Of a stretch of 64,000 nucleotides of DNA, positions 39,001 to 51,290 are shown piece after piece. The translations under genes and the position numbers were made by a program. Position 1 is the first letter of the stretch. The number at the start of each line of letters is the position of its first letter. This DNA comes from Felis catus. Taxonomy: Eukaryota. The notes below the pieces were generated by a model that saw only the letters and a program-made list of their open reading frames with translations, had not been told where the DNA came from and did not search any database. The stretch lies in NCBI RefSeq assembly GCF_018350175.1, contig NC_058368.1, forward strand, positions 23,686,001-23,750,000. The letters are read 5' to 3'.

Positions 39001-39655
39001 GCAAAAATGAATTACTGGGACCTCATCAAAATAAAAAGCTTCTGCACAGAGAAGGAAACAATCAGCAAAACTAAAAGGCAACCGACAGAATGGGAGAAGA
39101 TATTTGCAAATGACATATCAGATAAAGCGTTATTATCCAAAATCTATAAAGAACTTACCAAACTCAACACCCAAAAAACAAATAATCCAGGGAAGAAATG
39201 GGCAAAAGACATGAATAGACACTTCTCCAAAAAAGACATCCATATGGCCAACCGACACATGAAAAAATGCTCAACATCACTCATCATCAGGGAAATACAA
39301 ACCAAAACCACAATGAGCTACCACCTTACACATGTCAGAATGGCTAACATTAACAACTCAGGCCACAACAGATGTTGGCAAGGATGCGGAGAAAGAGGAT
39401 ATCTTTTTCATTGTTGGTGGCAATGCAAGCTGGTGCAGCCACTCTGGAAAACAGTATGGAAGTTCCTCAAAAAACTAAAAACAGAACTACCCTACGACCC
39501 AGCAATTGCACTACTAGGCATTTATCCACAGGATACAGTTGTGCTGTGTTGAAGGAACACATGCACCCCCATGTTTATAGCAGCACTATCAACAGTAGCC
39601 AAAGAATGGAAAGAGCCCAAATGTCCATTGATGGATGAATGAATAAAGAAGATGT

Positions 39656-39692
<37 letters not shown>

Positions 39693-39850
39693 ACACACAC
39701 ACACATACATACAATGGAGTATTACTCAGCAATCAAAAAGAATGAAATCTTGCCAACTGCAACTACGTGGATGGAACCGGAGGGTATTATGCTAAGTGAA
39801 ATTAGTCAGAGAAAGACAAAAATCATATGAATTCACTCATATGAGGACTT
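36016..39850 (+). pseudogene. L1 ORF2p (endonuclease / reverse transcriptase), disabled
   Basis: MAIHSYLSVITLNVNG start with a TAG at 36100; NYRPISLMN and [13 protein letters not shown] motifs; catalytic FADD reads FPDD (38088-38099); many stops and frameshifts. Confidence 0.95.
39657..39705. repeat. (GT)17(AC)7 compound palindromic microsatellite inside L1
   Basis: Seen directly. Confidence 0.95.
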
Positions 39851-41853
39851 TCAGATACAAAACAGAAGAACATAAGGGAAGGGAAACAAAAATAATAAAA
39901 AAAACAGGGAGGGGGACAAAACACGAGAGACTCATAAATATGGAGAATAGAGGGTTACTGGGGGGTTGTGAGGGGGGGATGGTTAAATGGGTAAGGGGCA
40001 CTAAGGAATCTACTCCTGAAATCATTGTTGCACTATATGCTAATTAATTTGGATGCAAATTAAAAAAAACAAAATTAAAAAAATAATATGTTTTTGTTGA
40101 AATAATGGGCTTTTATTCATTATGAAGAGCTGTGGTGATAAAAGCTCCCAAACATCGTGTTCTCAAAAGAGTGTGAAATTAACCCAGGTTTGGTATTCAG
40201 TTACGAGACCAGTGAAAAATTTGTGCTCCATCTTTTTTTTTTTTTTTAAATACACTCAGGTATGAGATGGTTGAAGAAAAAAAGTCCACTTTTCTTGTTC
40301 TCAATAGTATTCATCAATTCATCAATTGTGCATTTTGAGTTTTCATCAGTTGAAGGTGTTGTAGTATAGTATTATGTTTAAGACCATAGTTGCTCCTGAC
40401 TTTTGGGGAAAATTGCCAAGCTATTCTGAGTGTTTCTGAAGTTAATCTATGGTTAATCAGGCCTACCTGAAAGTGACACAAATCTCTTATTAGAGTTTTT
40501 CCTTTTCTCCTCACACTTTCAGGGGCTTCTGAAATGAAAAGTTCTAAGACCAGAGTAGAAATCTCCTGATTACTTCAATCTAGCAAAAGCTCCACTCTCC
40601 ATCCTTCTTAGGCCCACTTTTGTCCTAGACTACAAATCTGAGCCTGCATTAAGTCCTTATACAGTCATGGTAATTGGACTAAAAATGCATGGCCATGCTC
40701 CCAGGGAAATCCCACCATTTGTTTAGAAATTACAGGCTCCTTTTTTTAGGTTTGTCCAACATTGCAAGTATTGCAGGAATTGAATTCTGTATGGTTCCTC
40801 AGGAGAACTTTGAAGCAGCAAATTTCATATCTTTTGGGAGAAGCTACAGATTGAATGATTTATAGGTTGAAAAACAGTAAAATCATATTTAAAGCTGCCA
40901 AAGTAACTGGGGCAGGGGTATATAATCAGGGTTGAAATTCATTTAAACACTACATTTACTAAAAACAAGTTGAGCTCTGGGGGAAGTGAACTAAAGGAGT
41001 GCTGTGACATTATTTATCTCTGTAGCCACTAAAAATGTCAAAACATATATCTATCCTGCCAAAAGTCAGTGTTGTTACACACTGTACATGGATAGGGTAC
41101 CAAATGTTTTATGTACCTTCCACTACAAAGTTCCTCTACCATTAGCAAAACATTGCCCTGGTTGCTAGAAGGCAAACATTTGGTAGGCTACATATTCCCG
41201 TCCATACCTTTACCTCTGATCAGTCTCATATGTGCACTGGTCATTGCTAGGACAAGCATATTTGCTGATCATTTCAGTCCCTTATATATATTGGGCTTTT
41301 GGACAAAGTGGTTTTTTGTACCCAATTTCAAAGGGAAAAAAAGACCTTATTAAGAAAACATACATCTCCTCTAAAGATAACTCTAGGATGGAAATTGCTC
41401 TTGAGTGACACTAAGAGCTTGTGCTCCATACACAGAATGGATATATTCTACCCACATGAGAGCTTTCAAAATGTATGGCTCCTTCTTCGACTGCGTTAGA
41501 AGCAAAATGAATAATCTACTGATTGGGACCAAGATTCTGGGCCAAATACTCTCTTATCCTTTTTGATGGATAAGAATTTCTTCTTACGTAATTTCATCTT
41601 TTGCACATGTGTACATGAACTCATATAGCTTGAAACCAAGGATCTGGTGGTTTCTGTCATGGTGGGTCTCACATGGTGGGTTACAGGGATCCACTTGACA
41701 CATTAAGCTCATTTGTATTTGAATACCCCTGGTGGACTGGACAGATCGATTTGTTAGTACCACTTTGTATCAGTCATGGAGATGGGAATGGGAATGGGGA
41801 TGAAGAGTTTATCTTTTTAATCCTTTATTTCAGCCTATGGGTTGTAATTTAGA

Positions 41854-42843
41854 CAGTGATGTTCAGAGCTCAGAAACTCGAAGTTTTCCAGAAGTTTTGA
41901 AGGGCTTTTAAGTGTTAGATTACCTTTAATATTTTAAAATCACAGTTTAAAAACATCACACCACTCATAGATGATATATTACAGTTTTTGACATGAGTAA
42001 AACTTCTAACTTGTTCATGTATAGTGCTAGTACATTCTGTGTTTGAATGTGTGTATGTGTATATGTGTGTTTTCACGTTCAAGACTTGGACTAAAGCTTC
42101 TCCTACCATTTCTACAGGTATATGAACTTTCTGTAAAAGGGTGAGATCAGGGAAATTGTAGCATTTTCATCCAAATTCGTGTCTGCACATGTAAGTGTAC
42201 AGGGAAGTACATATTTATGTACATAAAACCTCAGTAAATTGAATGCCAATTAGTACTTAAACATATCTTCTTAGTAGATGCCCTGCCACTCAGTAATCAT
42301 GGATTGTGTAATAACAAGTAAATACATGGTCAGTTGCATCACAGTGAAACTGAACGACAGATATTTTTGGAACTTTTAAGTTTTGGGTGCTTTTTGTTTA
42401 ATTTTCATGTTCATAAGTTTCAATCTTTGGAACATAATTTCATAGGATTCCTATTTAATGTTTTAGAATGATTATTGAATAACATCTTGAGGTTTCAAAG
42501 CAAGCTGTCAAAATTTCCACTTTTATAATCCTTATCTGTGTGAATTACATTTTTCTCATTACTATGCAATCCAAAGTATGCAGGAGTATATTGGATGTGG
42601 ATTTTAATATAAGACTGTAACTGTCAATCATGCTCCTGATTTCGAATATTTGCATTTGTCAGATGACTCCAGTGTTCTCACTGCATGATGTTATAACAAG
42701 TAAATTTTGCATGTTTTAAACATAAACCTTGTAAACAATTTTTCCTTATATTTTATTAGAGTTTTGAGTAAAACTTCTTTTGAAATAAGAAATTTGCTAC
42801 TAAATATCTGGTACTAAAAAAAATCTGACTCAGGAAGTCAGTG
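41854..42843 (+). mobile_element. Ancient hAT-Charlie DNA transposon relic with transposase C-terminal remnant
   Basis: Hand translation across frameshifts around 42480-42645 gives ...EVSKQAVK...YLCELHFS...LDVDFNIRL*LS..PDF, like the hAT dimerisation motif YLCExGFS...RLDVExDxR.LS. Confidence 0.6.
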
Positions 42844-44064
42844 GTTTGCACCCATTGTATTTTTAGCCTGCAAGGCTTTGCACATAGAATTCATACCTTG
42901 AAACTTCTAATAATTGACAACTGTATTTAATTCCTATAGTAAAAGATATGGGATCAGGCTAAAATCGACTGGCAATTGCAGTAGCTTAGGACCAAAATAA
43001 AATGTAAATGTAATTGCGTGTCAGGGATATTCTAATGAAGTGAGTGAAGAAAGAAGTTAGTAGATACTGTTATTTCAGACCTAAAATTAAAGCAAAATGT
43101 TCTGGCATCCATGCAACGTATATCATGGAAGACACAGATAAAAGGGGAGAAGCTCATAATTTGAAAATGTTTACTCTTTGATTTGTGATAATTTTTCAGC
43201 CAATTTGTTTCCCAGTGGTATTCCATAGAAGAATACCAAAGCCAATTTCATTCCCTAAACATACCAGAAAATGAGTGGGAGATATGAGGCTGGAATTAAA
43301 CACTTGCTCTATATCATTCACAAGCGTCTCATCACAATGAACACATTTCAATTTGGAGATGACTTATTTCTGTCAGCCCATCTATCACATGCATCTCCTT
43401 TTAGATCTCCCAAAGCATGTTCCAAAAAGGACCACCTGCTTTGTCATCACTGAGATGTCTTGGGTCAGAGTACAAAAAGCCATATATGAAAACCACAAAG
43501 GAACAGTACAAGTCACAGTATAAGGTCTCACCTCCACCCCACCCCCCATGTCCCTTCTGAGTCACAAACAAGCCCAGGGCCTCTTGCAGTCCCCGATAAT
43601 CCTCAGCCATGTGCTTCTGTTTGATAAAGAGCTGTGGATTCTGTTGCCTTGAAATGACTCAGACAGAGTCACAGAGTACATGACCCACCACTAGAGAAAT
43701 GCATCTGAGTCACTGAGGGTCATTTCAGTTAAGAGCATGTCACAGCCCTTAAATGCTTGTGCCAAGGGCAGTCACTGTAATTCTTTGTAAAACTGTCCTC
43801 TTCACTCCAAGGATTGTGATGTTTTGATGCTCACATTCTCAGTTTGGGTTCCAGCCAGGAGCAAAGAAGGCTGAACCAATAGCTAAATATTAGAGTATGT
43901 AAGACAGGGTGAGTAAAGTGAGACCAACTTGTTACACTAAACAGTTCAATGTGCTGTGGAGATGACACTGTTTTTACTTTCATCTCTGTTCTGTGCGGCT
44001 GTTGGAAAGTTGCTTAGCCTCTGTGAGTCAGTTTTCTCATACTCACGAAGGGAATTTAATGAAG

Positions 44065-44450
44065 TGCATTAGGTAGCTCAGAATTGCTGACAGGGCTAGA
44101 GAAACAGACTCTACACTAAGATTTCCAAATCAATAATGAAAACCACGCTGCAGAAACGACCTCATACCTGCATCCGCCTCCAAGAACCCAACCTAACTGC
44201 AATTGCTGACCATTCTAGGAACTTGACCTTTCTACACCTGGTATTGCTACTTCCAAAGCTAGACTCTTCACAGTCACTCATATCACCAATAAATGCCTTG
44301 GCAAGCCTTCATACCAATGTTGCCCACTTCCAAATAGAAGTCTCATGCAAATGCATCTGATTGATGGACCTCACTGAGGTCTCTCGTCTGCATCGTAGTG
44401 AGAAGGGAGGCCGGAATGGCCAATTTTCCTGGGTTGATTATGCTGTTGGA
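44065..44450 (-). mobile_element. Old MLT1 (J/K/L-like) LTR fragment
   Basis: gcatctgattgatggacct...aagggaggccggaat motif. Confidence 0.4.
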
Positions 44451-44944
44451 AGAAAGAAGTGATAACATGGGAAGTTAAAAAAATGTAAGGCAGGTGGAGA
44501 GTGCACCAGCTCCTGTTCACCCTTAGCTAGGTCCTATAGGATTGTCCTTTCTCCTCATGCAGAGTCACTTTGCTAGCACCTAGGAAATGGACATGGGAAT
44601 AAGGAAGTGAGAGAGATGATTATGTTCCCTTCCTCCTTCAGGGGTAGATCCTAGGAAACGCACTAGCCAGACTTGTGACACTAGGATGGGACCCGGGGAG
44701 CCAGAACTTGGTCAGGTAGGAAGTTTGCCAAGGGTCAACACAGATAAATCAACTCTGTCATCAAGCCAAGGTCAGAGCATAAGATATTGCCTAGAAGGAT
44801 GAGGGCCAGATTGATATAAGAAGGGGGTTGAAAGCAATGTGCTATGATTTTATAAGGAAGGTGCTCCAAATAGCAACTGTGAAAGCCAAAATGTGTTCTA
44901 TACGTGCTGCCCAACGTGGATGGGATATCCTATAGAAATAACAA

Positions 44945-45130
44945 TCTTCTATTTGCACAGTGTTCTGAAGTTTGTAAAATACTTTCCCACATTTTATCCC
45001 ATGTCATCTGTAGGTAAGGTAACTAGTAATATCCTAGCTTTACAGATGTCAAAGGATGGTAAATAGAAGTGAAGTGGCTTTGACCAAGGCTACCTGGCTG
45101 GCTACTCTGTGGAATCTGGACTCCAACTAG
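44945..45130 (-). mobile_element. MIR
   Basis: ctttacagatg...agaagtgaagtggctttgaccaaggctac, the MIR core in reverse. Confidence 0.65.
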
Positions 45131-45467
45131 ATGTTCATTCTTATTTAGAATCTTGAGCTGTGGCTAGAAGAATCTACAAAAACATTTTCATAAATATTCT
45201 AGACAGAAATAGGGGAAGACCAATGTATTGCAGGAGTGTTACTCATGTGACTTTATGTGAGCTTACATGGAGGTGTTTTAAATTTATTATCATGGATGTT
45301 TTCTTGAAGGTTCTGATCAAAAACTCCAAAATCATGCAATTTAGGATTTGCAGTTGAAATGAGGTTTGGGATGTTCTGTTTTAGACTTTGCCGCATTTTG
45401 CTCTTTGCACATCATCCTCACATACGAGAGCAGTTGCTTACGAATTATAAGAAAGCCCAACTTCTTT

Positions 45468-45687
45468 TTTTTTTAATTTTTTTTTCAACATTTATTTATT
45501 TTTGGGACAGAGAGAGACAGAGCATGAACGGGCGAGGGGCAGAGAGAGAGGGAGACACAGAATCGGAAACAGGCTCCAGGCTCTGAGCCATCAGCCCAGA
45601 GCCCGACGCGGGGCTCGAACTCACGGACCGCGAGATCGTGACCTGGCTGAAGTCGGACGCTTAACCGACTGCACCACCCAGGCGCCC
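45468..45687 (-). mobile_element. Very young CpG-rich Can-SINE (SINEC_Fc type)
   Basis: Intact CpGs; TSD cccaacttcttt (45456-45467 / 45688-45699). Confidence 0.97.
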
Positions 45688-45935
45688 CCCAACTTCTTTA
45701 AACTCTGAGAAATGTTTCCTTCCTTGGTGACTCAGCTGTTGAGCTGAAAACAAGTGATGACAAATCTTAAGGGAGAGACCTTATACACTCGGTTGGCTGT
45801 TTCAAAGTGATGTACAGATTCACAAAACTAACTCTTTGAGGTCTGAAGCCACTTGCTAAGAGTACCCTTCCAATAATACCCTTCTATGTCTTTCACAAGG
45901 CTGCCATTTGGATAAAGTCAGCCTCTGAAAAGGTA

Positions 45936-46139
45936 CTGGCCTCCTGTGTAGCTCAGTTAAGCATCCAACTTTGGTTCAGGTCATGATCTCACAGTTGGTC
46001 GGTTCAAGCCCCATGTTGGGCCCTGTGCTAACAGCTCAGAGCCTGGAGCCTGCTTCAAATTCTGTGTCTCCCTCTCTCTCTTCCCCTCCTCCACTCACAC
46101 ACTCTTTTTCTCTCTCTCAAAAATAAACATTAAAAAAAT
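45936..46139 (+). mobile_element. Can-SINE
   Basis: TSD ctctgaaaaggtac / ctttgaaaaggcac. Confidence 0.92.
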
Positions 46140-46189
46140 CTTTGAAAAGGCACCAAATAAGTCAGATGTTTTGTCTTTTTTCTATAAAC

Positions 46190-46510
46190 TTTTTTAAATT
46201 TAAATTTTATGTAATATACAGTCCAATATTGGCTTCAGGAGTAGAATTCAGTGATTTACCACTTACATATAACACTCAGTGCTCATCCCAACAAATGCCC
46301 GTCACCATGTAGCTCATCTCCTGCCCACCTCCCTCCATCAACCCTTAGTTTGCTTTTCCTTTTGCTTGTTTTGTTTCTTGAATTTCACGTATGAATGAAA
46401 TCACAAGGTATCTTTCTCTGAATGACTTATTTCACTTAGCATAATACTCTCTAATTCCATCCATGTTGTTGTAAGTGGCAAGATTTCATTCTCTTTGTAG
46501 CTAATATTCC
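46190..46510 (-). mobile_element. LINE-1 3' end
   Basis: Reverse 3'UTR (ggagtagaattcagtgatt, cagtgctcatcccaacaa) and ORF2 end (ttatttcacttagcataat). Confidence 0.9.
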
Positions 46511-46512
46511 CC

Positions 46513-46680
46513 TGGGAGGTGGGTGGGGAGATGGGTGCAATAGGTGATGAAGATTAGGGAGTGAACGTGTTGTGATGGGCTCCGGGTGATGTATGGAAGT
46601 GCTGAATCACTATATTGTACACCTGAAACTAACACACTGTGTGTAAACTACCTGGGATTTAAATCAAACCCTTAAAAAAA
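46513..46680 (+). mobile_element. LINE-1 3' end, different subfamily from its neighbour
   Basis: gctgaatcactatattgtacacctgaaactaa plus A tail. Confidence 0.9.
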
Positions 46681-47689
46681 CTTTCTATTGAATGCTACAT
46701 GTTAACCATGAAACTGTTCAGAGTTAGTGTCTATAGGTCTATAGAGTCTAGGAGAAAAGTGAAAGTGTACTTAATCATTTAGTGGTTTTAGCTACTTTTA
46801 GTTGTTAGGATATTTGGCTGAAATTTAGCACCTGTTGTACTTTCTTCCTTGGACTGTTAGCAGTAAAAGAAAAAAGGAGATATTGTTTGTAAGAACACTT
46901 TAAAAAGTGTAAAGCACCAAACAAGTTCTTGTGGTTGTCTTAAAGGAACTCATCACTAAATTCTCAAACATACTTTCAGGCAGGGTAAAAAGAATGTTCG
47001 CTGACATATAGCTGATTCTCTCTCTCTCATCACACCGTTTTTAGAGGCTGATTTTGTCACACATACACGATCGATTGAATATTATGGATTGTGCTGACGC
47101 ATTGGCAAAATAAGTGTGAACTCAAATGATACACTGAAAGAAGCAAAGTGATTCTAGCGGCTCCATGAAATATGAAACATTGATTTTTCCCTCTGAACCT
47201 TCTTAACTACAATTTGCTGTATCATTGAACGTGAAATGAAGACTGCATACGATTTTTTACACTTCTAATCGCTTAGCATTCATTCCAGTTGAAGGAGCTG
47301 GAGATTGGATAAGAGTTCAAGGAACTGAGTAGTGATGTTTAAAAACCTGTTCTAGCCATAATCCTCCAGCAGGAGCAAAACTGCATTCTTTTCCTGAATA
47401 CCCACTTCCTGGGCTACTGTGCACTCAGCAATGCAGACTGCTCCCTGGAAGCTATCTCCTGCTTCCAATAATTACACTTATATTGCTCTTTAGAGCATTA
47501 GCTATTACTCTTTTGGCATTAGGCACTAATCCTGGAAGAATAGGAGAAATACTACATGATATAAACAACATGGCCCATCTAACTCAAAATTAATTCAACT
47601 CAACGAGTGAGTCACATTCCCCCCAAACCTGTTTTGTTTCCATGGCTTGTTATTAATGAACTGTAATCCATGGATTTACATAAGTAAAT

Positions 47690-47835
47690 TGTTCCTCACC
47701 AGGGGTGAGCATCAGAATTCTCTGGAGATTTTTTTCCCAAAAAATATACACTTGGGACTATACCACTACCTGACAAATAAGAATACTCAGGATTAAATCT
47801 GGGTACATGCTTTTTTTTAATGTTTATCTATTATT

Positions 47836-47882
<47 letters not shown>

Positions 47883-48120
47883 CAGAGCATGAGCAGGGGA
47901 GCGGCAGAGAGAGAGAGGGAAACACAGAATCTGAAGCAGGCTCCAGGCTCTAAGCTGTCAGAACAGAGCCTGATGCAAGGTTTGAACTCACAAACCATGA
48001 TATCATGATCTGAGCCAAAGGTGGACCCCAAGCAGTTGAGCCACCCAGGCACCCCTGGGCATATGAGTTTTGAAGCATCCCCTTAGGTGACCCTGGTACA
48101 AAGTTCTGATAAAGGACTAC
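47690..48120. mobile_element. MER5-like MITE split by a SINE
   Basis: gcatcagaattctctggag on the left and aagcatccccttaggtga on the right of the SINE. Confidence 0.5.
47811..48054 (-). mobile_element. Can-SINE with about (GA)20
   Basis: TSD ctgggtacatg / ctgggcatatg (47799-47809 / 48055-48065). Confidence 0.95.
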
Positions 48121-48861
48121 TATTCTAAACTCACTACTTATTTATAAGTTAAGCATACAAGGAACAAAATACACGAGTTGTTACCAATACGTACTTTTTT
48201 TTTTTTAAACATACTATCCCTTTAAACTTTCTTCAATAGGGATAACTTTCCCCAGTCTCCAGTGAAAGTTTTGACAGTTCCCATTGGCTTCTCTGCTCTC
48301 TTATGTGATCTGTGTTCACTTTAAATGACAGGTGCGACCTCAGTTTGTAAGTAAAATAAATGTCCAGCTTCATATAATAAGCAAAGCTCTAAGCATAACT
48401 CTGAATTACATGTTCTCCCTCCCCCAGTTTGGACCTTCTGGTTGTGAGCCTGCAGGTAAGGAACTTGGTCTTGCCCTCTGGCTCTCTCCTCTTAGCCTGC
48501 TTCCTCTCTTCTCTATGTTCTTGCTTCTGTTTAGGACTTCTCCAAGTTCTAAGTTCTGGTGGGGAATAGATGTGAGGGATAAGCAACTCCTACCTCCCTG
48601 GGTGGTTCTGTGCCAAATGATCCTAGCAGATGATTAAAACTGTCAGACATGGAGGGGCTGGGTGGTGGCTCTGCATCTTTATTAATGGGATATTTTCATG
48701 GGCTCTTGAGTTCTCATGACCTAAGTGGATGTTTCTCTACTCAGGACAGTGATTAATGCCCCACCCTCAGCCCTGGCATATTCACTGTAAACTTACAGTC
48801 TCTTTTTGTTAATACTTACTCTTTCCTTTCAGTGATTCTTTTAGGCAGGGCTCAAAACTTC

Positions 48862-48979
48862 CTCAAACACTTGTGGTCAAGGCAAATACCCACATATCCC
48901 TTGGTCAACTCAAGCTTTTGAGTGGTCAACTCAAAAGCTCAAACACTTCTGGTCTAGGCAAATACCCACATATCCCTTG
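48862..48979. repeat. 42-bp direct repeat separated by a 34-bp hairpin-containing spacer
   Basis: Copies at 48862-48903 and 48938-48979, 2 mismatches. Confidence 0.92.
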
Positions 48980-50207
48980 CTTTCATGATCAGGTGGGTGG
49001 AGGCTGATGCCAACAGTGCAGCCTCTCCTGGCTCTGCCCGCAAGGCTCCTCCAGCCTCTCGATTTCCCAGGATGGAGCCATGTCACAGCTGAGAGTTCTC
49101 AGTGAGGCCCTCCTCACTTGTGGTTAGAAGGAAATGCCACCCCCTCCTGCAAAAGGGGTGGCAGTAGGTAACTCACAGCTTGACAAGAGCGATTTCCAAA
49201 CACATCTTTTCACTCATCTGCCCATCCTCTATGAAGCCTTTATCTATTCTTGATCAGGCTGAGGAAACGGAAGTCATGGAGTAGGTTCTTAGGGACATTT
49301 TTTCAGTTAATCTGCACATGGAGCGAGAGAATCAGTATTACATTCACTTTAGTGTCCTGATTTCTGTCAAACTGGCATCACAGTGGAAACTGATACAGAC
49401 AGAATCCCACTCAACTTTTCTGTTACATATGTGTAGCCTGAGTTATAAGAGTTTACCATAAAGTCACTCACTGTTCAGGGGATTTTAAAGGATTGGCGTG
49501 CCCCTTTCAAGGAGGAAGGAGACTGGCAAGCCCCTAACACAATTAGTTTCACTTTTCTGTGTATGAGATTTCTAGATAATTCAAGTCAGAACATAATCCT
49601 TCATCCCATGCTGGGCTTAATGCTAGTTCATTGTCATTTACTCTTTCTTCAGAGTACCTGTTTAGGTACCTCCAGACCTAGAAAGGAACTGGTCTAAGTG
49701 CGTGTAAGTAAAATGTTCCATTCTCAACTTTGGAGGTGTATAGATGAAAGCTTTCTGAAGTCCATGAACCTCCTGAGGTTGTACACCATCTGGCTCTCTG
49801 GCTTCAAGCAGGACAGTAACTTCATAACAGAAAGGCCAGTATCAGAGCATTCTGTATTGACCAATCTTAAACAACCACATGTTCAGTTTAACAGTCCAGT
49901 CCAGGTCAAGCCTAAATGAATTTCATTTTTTCATTTCTCTACCAGCATGAGATGAATACCTTGCATTAGTGTCTTCCTTCTATGTGTTCCAGCTGTCCTG
50001 CAAACACAGGCATGCATGAGAACCCTCTCAAGTTAGCACCTAAGACCAAACACCAACTTTCAGCACAGCCACCCTAATTCATACAGTCAAGATGCATCTT
50101 TCTCCCTCCAAATCTCTCAGAGGGATACCAAACTCTGGCTCACATCTCACAGCATACATTACTAATGAAACCCTTCATTTCTCAGTCTAAAATATGGACA
50201 TTAGGTT

Positions 50208-50312
50208 GGGGCACCTGGCTGGCTCAGCCAGCGGAGCATACCGCTCTTGATCTTGGTGTTGTGAGTTCAAGCCCCATGTTGAGTAGAGAGATTACTAAAA
50301 GTAAAATCTTAA
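50208..50312 (+). mobile_element. Short old Can-SINE (tRNA-like head only, no CT tract)
   Basis: A box tggctcagccagcgg and B box gagttcaagcc; gacattagg on both flanks. Confidence 0.85.
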
Positions 50313-50394
50313 AAATATATACAGACATTAGGCTAATTGAGAATTTGTATTCCTCCCCAAGAATTATTATTGGGTAATTTTTTCAACTTTTTTT

Positions 50395-50612
50395 TAAAAC
50401 TTTTTTTTTTCAAAGTTTATTTATTTCTGGGACAGAGAGAGACAGAGCATGAACGGGCGAGGGGCAGAGAGAGAGGGAGACACAGATTCGGAAACAGTCT
50501 CCAGGCTCTGAGCCATCTGCCCAGAGCCCGACGCGGGGCTCGAACTCACGACCGCGAGATCGTGACCTGGCTGAAGTCGGACGCTTAACCGACTGCGCCA
50601 CCCAGGCGCCCC
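50395..50612 (-). mobile_element. Very young CpG-rich Can-SINE (SINEC_Fc type)
   Basis: TSD tcaacttttttt (50383-50394 / 50613-50624). Confidence 0.97.
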
Positions 50613-51099
50613 TCAACTTTTTTTAGATTATAAAACTCAGTTGAATATTTTTCTAGATGATATGGACCCTCTGCCTTAAATGTAAATTTGTCTCATTTTG
50701 GATTCAGAAAATAGCTTGACGTTTCAAATAGGAAGTATTTTTTGTTTGTTTAGGCCTCCTGGGAGGAAATGTAATTATTACAAAGCTGACAAGGTTTGGG
50801 TCACCCTTTGCCTCTACTTTCTGAAGTTACATGTTAGCCTTCTTACGTTCAGTAAGGACATATTGAAATGAAGGCATGGTTTCTGAAACTTTGATCAAGG
50901 AAGCAAACAAAAATAACTAGATATTTAAATCAGAGGAGCTGTTACGATCACTGGTACAAAATCATCTCAATAAGCCACTGTATACAAGTCTTTGGGTATC
51001 CTTGGAAAAGTTTCAATTAAGAGGTATTACACTTATAAGAAAATAATAAAACTTACAGGCTACATTAAAATTAAAAAAGATATGACTAAAATGAGTCAA

Positions 51100-51290
51100 G
51101 GGTTGCCTGGGTGGCTCAGTCAGTTAAGTGTCCGACTCTCTATCTTGGCTCAGGTCATGATGTTACGGTTCATGAAATAAAGCCCCACATCGGGCTCTGG
51201 GCTGACATTGTGGAGCCTGATTAGGATTCTCTTTCTCTCTCTCTGCCCCTCCCTGCTCTCTCAAAATAAATAAATAAACTTAAAAAAATT
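51100..51290 (+). mobile_element. Can-SINE
   Basis: TSD aaatgagtcaa (51089-51099 / 51291-51301). Confidence 0.95.

Larger units (their letters stand above)
33158..40085 (+). mobile_element. Full-length (~6.9 kb) inactivated feline LINE-1
   Basis: Starts gaggagccaagatgg (YY1-type motif); ~1.9 kb 5'UTR, ORF1, (ATAC)n spacer, ORF2 (EN, RT, C-terminus), 3'UTR and polyA; degenerate TSD aagatgttttg / aatatgtttttg. Confidence 0.97.

Noticed and set aside
48862..48979. Repeat-spacer-repeat as a CRISPR-like array
   Set aside because: Only two repeats, a spacer derived from local sequence, mammalian context and no cas genes.
50208..50290. tRNA gene
   Set aside because: It is a decayed SINE head with an A tail and TSD, not an intact cloverleaf.
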